64,000 nucleotides of DNA from assembly GCA_036304385.1 (NCBI GenBank), contig JAXIYS010000078.1, positions 9,473 to 73,472 on the forward strand, written 5' to 3'. Under the pieces are notes generated by a model. It saw only the letters and a program-made list of their open reading frames with translations, was not told where the DNA came from and ran no database searches. Each line of letters begins with the position of its first letter. The first letter of the stretch is position 1. This DNA is from Collinsella sp. GTDB taxonomy: Bacteria > Actinomycetota > Coriobacteriia > Coriobacteriales > Coriobacteriaceae. Of the stretch, positions 59,953 to 64,000 are shown one piece after another. A program made the translations under genes and the position numbers.

Positions 59953-60059
59953 TCCTGGTTTCCCAAGCACGGCACCTTGCCCCTCAATCGTCGCTTGCGT
60001 ACATTTAGTACGCGGCGCTCCTCTTTCGGGGCAATCTGCCGCACTTGGGAAACCAGGAC
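59952..60059. repeat. Long imperfect inverted repeat (about 108 nt) with 16-bp perfect terminal arms
   Basis: GTCCTGGTTTCCCAAG (59952-59967) pairs with CTTGGGAAACCAGGAC (60044-60059). Inner arms GGCACCTTGCCCC / GGGGCAATCTGCC pair imperfectly. Confidence 0.85.
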
Positions 60060-60122
60060 GGTCTAAGTGACAAAATGGGAATCAGGAATTGCCTATTTCT
60101 CATTTGTTAGAAAGGAATCGCG

Positions 60123-60746
60123 ATGAGCGATCTGGTGAATAAGAAGAGTCCTGTGGTCATTACCATCGCGCGCGACTTTGGTGCCGAGGGCCACGAGATT
60201 GGACGCATCCTCGCCAACGAGTTGGGGATTCCGCTGTACGACAACGAGCTGCTGGTGCGCGCGTCTCTGCGCGCGGGCGAGTCGCTCGATAAGATGGCCG
60301 CCTATGACGAACGTCTGGCCGTGGAGAACATGGCGTTCCTGCCCGACCGCTACGATGCGCGCTCGTACTCGGACAAGTTGTTCCAAAAGATGAGCCAGGT
60401 GATTTTGGACCTGGGCGAGACCGAGAGCTGCATTATCGAAGGCCGTCTGTCCGATTACCTGCTGCGTAACAACCCCAACCACATTGCCGTGTTGGTGACC
60501 GCGCCCTTTGAGGACCGCGTCGAGATCGTGCGCAAGAAGCGTGGCCTTAACAAAAAGAAGGGCGCCAAGCTGGTCAAGCAGCAGCAGAAGGCGCGCGAGG
60601 CATTCTACAAGCGCTATAGCGCCGGCAAGTGGAAGATGACGAGCGGCAAGGACATCGTCGTCAACCGCGCCAAGTTGGGACGCGAGGGCTGTAAAGACGT
60701 TATCGCCGCCGCCTACCGCTACAAAGTGGCGCAACTCGAAGGCTAA
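60123..60746 (+). CDS. Cytidylate kinase-like family protein
   Basis: VITIARDFGAEGHEIGRILANELGIPLYDNELL is typical of the cytidylate-kinase-like (PF13189-type) family. Confidence 0.75.
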   Translation: MSDLVNKKSPVVITIARDFGAEGHEIGRILANELGIPLYDNELLVRASLRAGESLDKMAAYDERLAVENMAFLPDRYDARSYSDKLFQKMSQVILDLGETESCIIEGRLSDYLLRNNPNHIAVLVTAPFEDRVEIVRKKRGLNKKKGAKLVKQQQKAREAFYKRYSAGKWKMTSGKDIVVNRAKLGREGCKDVIAAAYRYKVAQLEG

Positions 60747-60752
60747 CCGACC

Positions 60753-60797
60753 AAAACCACCACAAGGGGACATGCACCTTGTGGTGGTTTTTGTTTT
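60753..60797 (+). terminator. Rho-independent terminator, ACCACC-CAAGG family
   Basis: AAAACCACCACAAGG-GGACATGCA-CCTTGTGGTGGTTTT followed by TGTTTT. The 20-mer GTGGTGGTTTTTGTTTTAGG (60781-60800) is repeated at 62201-62220. Confidence 0.85.
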
Positions 60798-60835
60798 AGG
60801 TAGAGAAAGTCAACTGGTTCTGCCGGGGCCGATCG

Positions 60836-60880
60836 CTCAAAGAACTCAAGGATGCTCAAAAAACTCAAAGATACTCAAAT
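60836..60880 (+). repeat. Five helically phased CTCAA repeats upstream of the ATPase gene
   Basis: CTCAA starts at 60836, 60845, 60855, 60864 and 60874 (spacing 9, 10, 9, 10): CTCAAAGAA CTCAAGGATG CTCAAAAAA CTCAAAGATA CTCAAATAA. Confidence 0.85.
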
Positions 60881-60933
60881 AAATTATAGATAGTAGGGGC
60901 ATAATTAAGTTATATGAGTTAAAGGGAGGCTTT

Positions 60934-62049
60934 ATGGCGGCACCGACGGCGTACAGGCAGGCAAATCCATTCACGCCGATGTTCGGACGTGTACCGGCGT
61001 ATATGGCCGGCCGTGAGCAAATCATCGATGATATGGTGCTGGCGTTTGAAAATGACGACTCCGATCCCAATCTTTGCTCGGTTTTCTATGGTGCGCGTGG
61101 TACAGGTAAAACGGCGCTTTTGGCATATCTGTCGTACCGCGCCCAGCAAGAGGGCTGGATTACAGCGAATGTGACGGCCTCGGAGGGGATGCTCGAAGAC
61201 ATTTTGCAGCGCCTCAACGAATCAGCCGCCCATCTGATCGAAAAGCCCGCTTCTAGGCGCGTGAACAGTGTCGGCATTGCCCCCGTAGGAAGCATGAGCT
61301 GGGAAAACATCGATGTTGAATTTGAGGGCGCTAACTGGCGTACTAAGATGAACGCTTTGTTTGCTCAGCTTGAAGCGACTGACACCGGGGTGCTTATCGC
61401 CGTTGACGAAGTGGATGCATCGTTTGCGCAAATGACGGAGCTTGTTACTACCTACCAGCACTTTGTAAGCGAGAATAAAAAGGTAGCTTTGCTTATGGCG
61501 GGGCTGCCGTTTCGCGTGCTGGCGCTGCTGACGGGGAAATCGACATCGTTTCTTCGTCGCGCGGCTCAACATTCGCTGGGATCAATTTCACCGACTGAGG
61601 TAAAAGAAGCGTTTCGACTAACGATTGAGGACGGCGGCAAGGCGATTTCTGATGAGGCGATCGACCTCGCTGCCAAGGCGATCGATGGTTTTCCATTTAT
61701 GTTCCAGTTGGTGGGGTATCGGGCATGGAATGCTTCGCGCCAAGCCTCCGAGGTTTCTATTGAGGATGTCGAACGAGGCGCGAAACTTGCGCAAGAGGAG
61801 CTGGAATCGCGAGTTTTCGCTTCAACAGCGGCGGAACTTTCACGAGGGGACCTTGAATTTCTTCGTGCAATGAATCCGGTTGGGACGACGACCAGGCAAG
61901 AGCTGGCAGCGAGGCTTAAGAAGAGTTCCGGTTCGATTTCAACGTATAAAAAGCGTCTGGTAGAGGCTGGGGTAATTGAAGAGCCTCTACAAGGACGTTT
62001 TGAGTTTGCATTGCCAGGCTTTGGCCGATATGTCGCATCGCTTTACTAG
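60934..62049 (+). CDS. AAA/STAND-like ATPase with a C-terminal winged-helix domain (Arch_ATPase / ORC-Cdc6-like architecture)
   Basis: Walker A (GARGTGKT), Walker B (VLIAVDEVD) and C-terminal wHTH-like TTRQELAARLKKSSGSISTYKKRLVEAGVI. RBS AGGGAGG. GC and codon usage are lower than in neighbours. Confidence 0.7.
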   Translation: MAAPTAYRQANPFTPMFGRVPAYMAGREQIIDDMVLAFENDDSDPNLCSVFYGARGTGKTALLAYLSYRAQQEGWITANVTASEGMLEDILQRLNESAAHLIEKPASRRVNSVGIAPVGSMSWENIDVEFEGANWRTKMNALFAQLEATDTGVLIAVDEVDASFAQMTELVTTYQHFVSENKKVALLMAGLPFRVLALLTGKSTSFLRRAAQHSLGSISPTEVKEAFRLTIEDGGKAISDEAIDLAAKAIDGFPFMFQLVGYRAWNASRQASEVSIEDVERGAKLAQEELESRVFASTAAELSRGDLEFLRAMNPVGTTTRQELAARLKKSSGSISTYKKRLVEAGVIEEPLQGRFEFALPGFGRYVASLY

Positions 62050-62176
62050 AGGGTCGTTGCTGCGAAGGATCGCTTCGTGTCCCTTTACTGTCTCGACCTG
62101 TAACAATAAGCCTGCTTTTAGGGGCCTATCTGTTACAGACTGAGACAAACTGGCAGAGTGGCCTTCTGCTCCGCTC

Positions 62177-62217
62177 AAACCACCGCAAAGGGGGGCCTTT
62201 GTGGTGGTTTTTGTTTT
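62177..62217. terminator. Bidirectional terminator, ACCACC-CAAAGG family
   Basis: AAACCACCGCAAAGG-GGGG-CCTTTGTGGTGGTTT followed by TTGTTTT. The LuxR stop codon (62216-62218) abuts it. Confidence 0.8.
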
Positions 62218-63619
62218 AGGCCGAGGGGAAGGCTTTGACGAGCCCGGCGCGCGTCTGCGTGTCGGTCTTTTGGTAGATAGAGCTCAGGTGGCGCTGCACC
62301 ATGCGCATCGAGATGCCGAGTTCCTCAGCGACCTGCTTGAGCGGGCGTTCATCCTGGGTCACGGCTATGAGCACGTCGACTTCACGCGGGGTGAGAGCGT
62401 GGTTGGCGATGAAGGCCTGACGCTGCTCCTCGATACTCGGCGCTGCCAGTGCTTCCTCGGCAAGCTGTTGATGTTTACGCTCCTGCTCGGTTTGGGGTAG
62501 GCGGAACAGGCCGGCTGCCACGAATGCCGCGCAGGCAGCGACGAGCAAAACGAGCGCACCGATCATGATGAGAGCAACATTGTCCGAGGTCACGAGCGCC
62601 AGCGAGATACCCGATGTGGTGAACGCGCATACGTTGTTGGCCGCGCGACCCATGCCAGCCCATAAGGCGGGCGTGCGCATGCACGGTGCCAGCTGCGTAA
62701 AGGTGGCGGTAAAGAACGTGGCAAAAAAGCCCGAGCTCAGGTAAAAGACGACAAGGCCCAGGTTGGGATCGGCCCCGGCCTCCACGGCTAGGATGGAAAT
62801 GGTCGAGAGCACGGCGATGCCGAACATGACAAGTCCCATGTAACGGCGCTCGGCAAGATCAAAAATAAGACCGGCGGCAAGCCCGCTCGCCGCCAAAAAG
62901 AGGCGCGGCCAGGTCTGCACGGCAATGGTGCCGTGGGCGTTGGAGAGTGTGACCACGTTGTCGAGGGTCGAGAACAAGCAGGCAAGAATCATGACGAGCG
63001 CGATGCTCCAACATGCCTGCTTGGCGAGGGCGTGTGAGGGCTCGGCAAAGGGGTTGACGGTGGGATTGGGACTCTCGGCAGCCTTTAGGGGAACGGCGCT
63101 GAGGGCGGAGATGGCGATCGTCGCTGTGCCAAGGACGATGAGCTCTGCGATACCGCCGCAATTGAGCAGGTTGACGGCGAACTGCATCAGGATGCCCGCG
63201 GCATAGGCCGCTCCCGCACCGGTGGCGAGCTTGGGATCATCCTGGAATGCCAACGAAAAGGCGTGGTGAGTGGCGGCGCCTAACAGTCCGAGCCCGAGGA
63301 ATGCGAGGCATCCCAGAATCTCGAGCGCAAGCGGGCCCGTGGGGGATTGAATCTGGGTCAATCCCAGGATGGCGATGGGAACAGCGGCGTTGACGGCTGC
63401 CAGTGAGTGGCCTTTGCGCTGTGCGAGCCCGAGCAGCGGCGCGTATCCGATAAAGCCGAGCATGCTCGCACCCAGAATAAAGCCCTGTGCGATTACAGCG
63501 CGTTCGGCACCGGCGAGCAGCCCGACGTTGACGTCGAAGCGAAACTCGGCGGCAAGAAAGACGAAGGTAAAGAGCGCAAGTGCCAAAAGCGCGTTGATTT
63601 TAGGCTTACTCGGGTTCAA
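62216..63619 (-). CDS. Membrane-embedded LuxR-family transcriptional regulator (polytopic N-terminus plus C-terminal HTH)
   Basis: About 12 TM segments followed by LTPREVDVLIAVTQDERPLKQVAEELGISMRMVQRHLSSIYQKT, a LuxR/GerE HTH. Confidence 0.85.
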   Translation of the reverse strand: MNPSKPKINALLALALFTFVFLAAEFRFDVNVGLLAGAERAVIAQGFILGASMLGFIGYAPLLGLAQRKGHSLAAVNAAVPIAILGLTQIQSPTGPLALEILGCLAFLGLGLLGAATHHAFSLAFQDDPKLATGAGAAYAAGILMQFAVNLLNCGGIAELIVLGTATIAISALSAVPLKAAESPNPTVNPFAEPSHALAKQACWSIALVMILACLFSTLDNVVTLSNAHGTIAVQTWPRLFLAASGLAAGLIFDLAERRYMGLVMFGIAVLSTISILAVEAGADPNLGLVVFYLSSGFFATFFTATFTQLAPCMRTPALWAGMGRAANNVCAFTTSGISLALVTSDNVALIMIGALVLLVAACAAFVAAGLFRLPQTEQERKHQQLAEEALAAPSIEEQRQAFIANHALTPREVDVLIAVTQDERPLKQVAEELGISMRMVQRHLSSIYQKTDTQTRAGLVKAFPSA

Positions 63620-63663
63620 GAACGGTCCTTTGGGTGGACGAATAATCGTGTCCTCGATTGTAG

Positions 63664-63676
63664 CGTCCCTGGGACG
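63664..63676. promoter_or_regulatory. Perfect 13-bp palindrome CGTCCCTGGGACG in the divergent promoter region
   Basis: 6+1+6 palindrome 45 nt upstream of the LuxR-type gene start. It shares the GGGACG core of the dispersed repeats. Confidence 0.5.
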
Positions 63677-63721
63677 AGTGTGGCGATGGCGAAATCATAT
63701 TGAATTAAACCGCAGGTAGAG

Positions 63722-63749
63722 GCCTAGGTTCGCATCTACGAACCTAGGC
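63722..63749. promoter_or_regulatory. 11-bp perfect hairpin/palindrome in the divergent promoter region
   Basis: GCCTAGGTTCG-CATCTA-CGAACCTAGGC. Confidence 0.5.
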
Positions 63750-63784
63750 GTACGGAGTCATTTGGCACATCTTGGTTGTACAGG

Positions 63785-63819
63785 ACCACCGCAAAGGGGA
63801 CAGGCACCTTTGTGATGGT
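63785..63819 (+). repeat. ACCACC-CAAAGG hairpin family member without a T-tract
   Basis: ACCACCGCAAAGG-GGACAGGCA-CCTTTGTGATGGT. The loop carries GGGGACAGGC. Confidence 0.75.
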
Positions 63820-63845
63820 ATAGCCTTTCGACCAAGGAGGCCGTT

Positions 63846-64000
63846 ATGAACGGAAGTCACTTTGATAAGGAGACCCAGCGCGAACACACCTGCTCGCTGG
63901 TTCACGGTACTTGGCGTCGTGCGGGTGCCAAAATCGCTTGCGCTGGAGCGTGCGCGCTTATGGTCGGTCAGTTGCTGCTGCCGAGCGTGGCGCTGGCGAC
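63846..64000 (+). CDS. Secreted or membrane protein, 3' end cut by the window edge
   Basis: The ATG follows AAGGAGG (63834-63840). The frame stays open to the window end. A signal-peptide-like segment is present (GAKIACAGACALMVGQLLLPSVALA). Confidence 0.55.
   Translation, partial: MNGSHFDKETQREHTCSLVHGTWRRAGAKIACAGACALMVGQLLLPSVALA

Overview
The window is a roughly 60% GC Gram-positive chromosome segment spanning the replication origin. Gene order and protein types suggest Actinomycetota, class Coriobacteriia (Collinsella-like), but that is inference only.

Core synteny is clear:
- Minus strand: rpmH-rnpA-yidD-yidC-jag, then rsmG-parA-parB.
- Plus strand: dnaA-dnaN-recF-DUF721-gyrB-gyrA, then a tRNA Ile-Ala-Ile cluster.
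- Further on: typA, two tRNA-Ser genes, rpsF-ssb-rpsR-rplI-dnaB, scattered purine and pyrimidine genes (purA, purD, carAB, purE, purFMN), an ABC exporter, an amino-acid ABC importer, a sortase, a PrsA-like PPIase and a membrane-anchored LuxR regulator.
- The left edge carries a PafBC-like pair of WYL regulators convergent with an exonuclease-DinG helicase.

Unusual items:
1. A GHKL-ATPase / Q,P-rich low-complexity / winged-helix protein sits between rpmH and dnaA and is apparently co-transcribed with dnaA.
2. A recurring 12-mer, AGTTTTCAACAG, marks a bipartite oriC-like region.
3. The rsmG-parA-parB-small gene unit has markedly lower GC than its neighbours and carries three perfect parS sites.
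4. A 1.27-kb low-GC cassette encodes a DUF559/PD-(D/E)XK-like nuclease. It is bracketed by 79-bp hairpin-forming inverted repeats next to the tRNA-Ser genes.
5. A 1.4-kb low-GC module encodes an AAA ATPase with a wHTH. It is bracketed by a duplicated terminator and preceded by helically phased CTCAA repeats.
6. Several families of intergenic hairpin repeats share a GGGGAC/GGGAC core, alongside several very long perfect GC-rich inverted repeats.

No CRISPR array, rRNA, integrase or transposase was seen. All coordinates, GC estimates and motif matches were worked out by eye and hand counting. No searches were run, so family assignments rest on recognisable motifs only.
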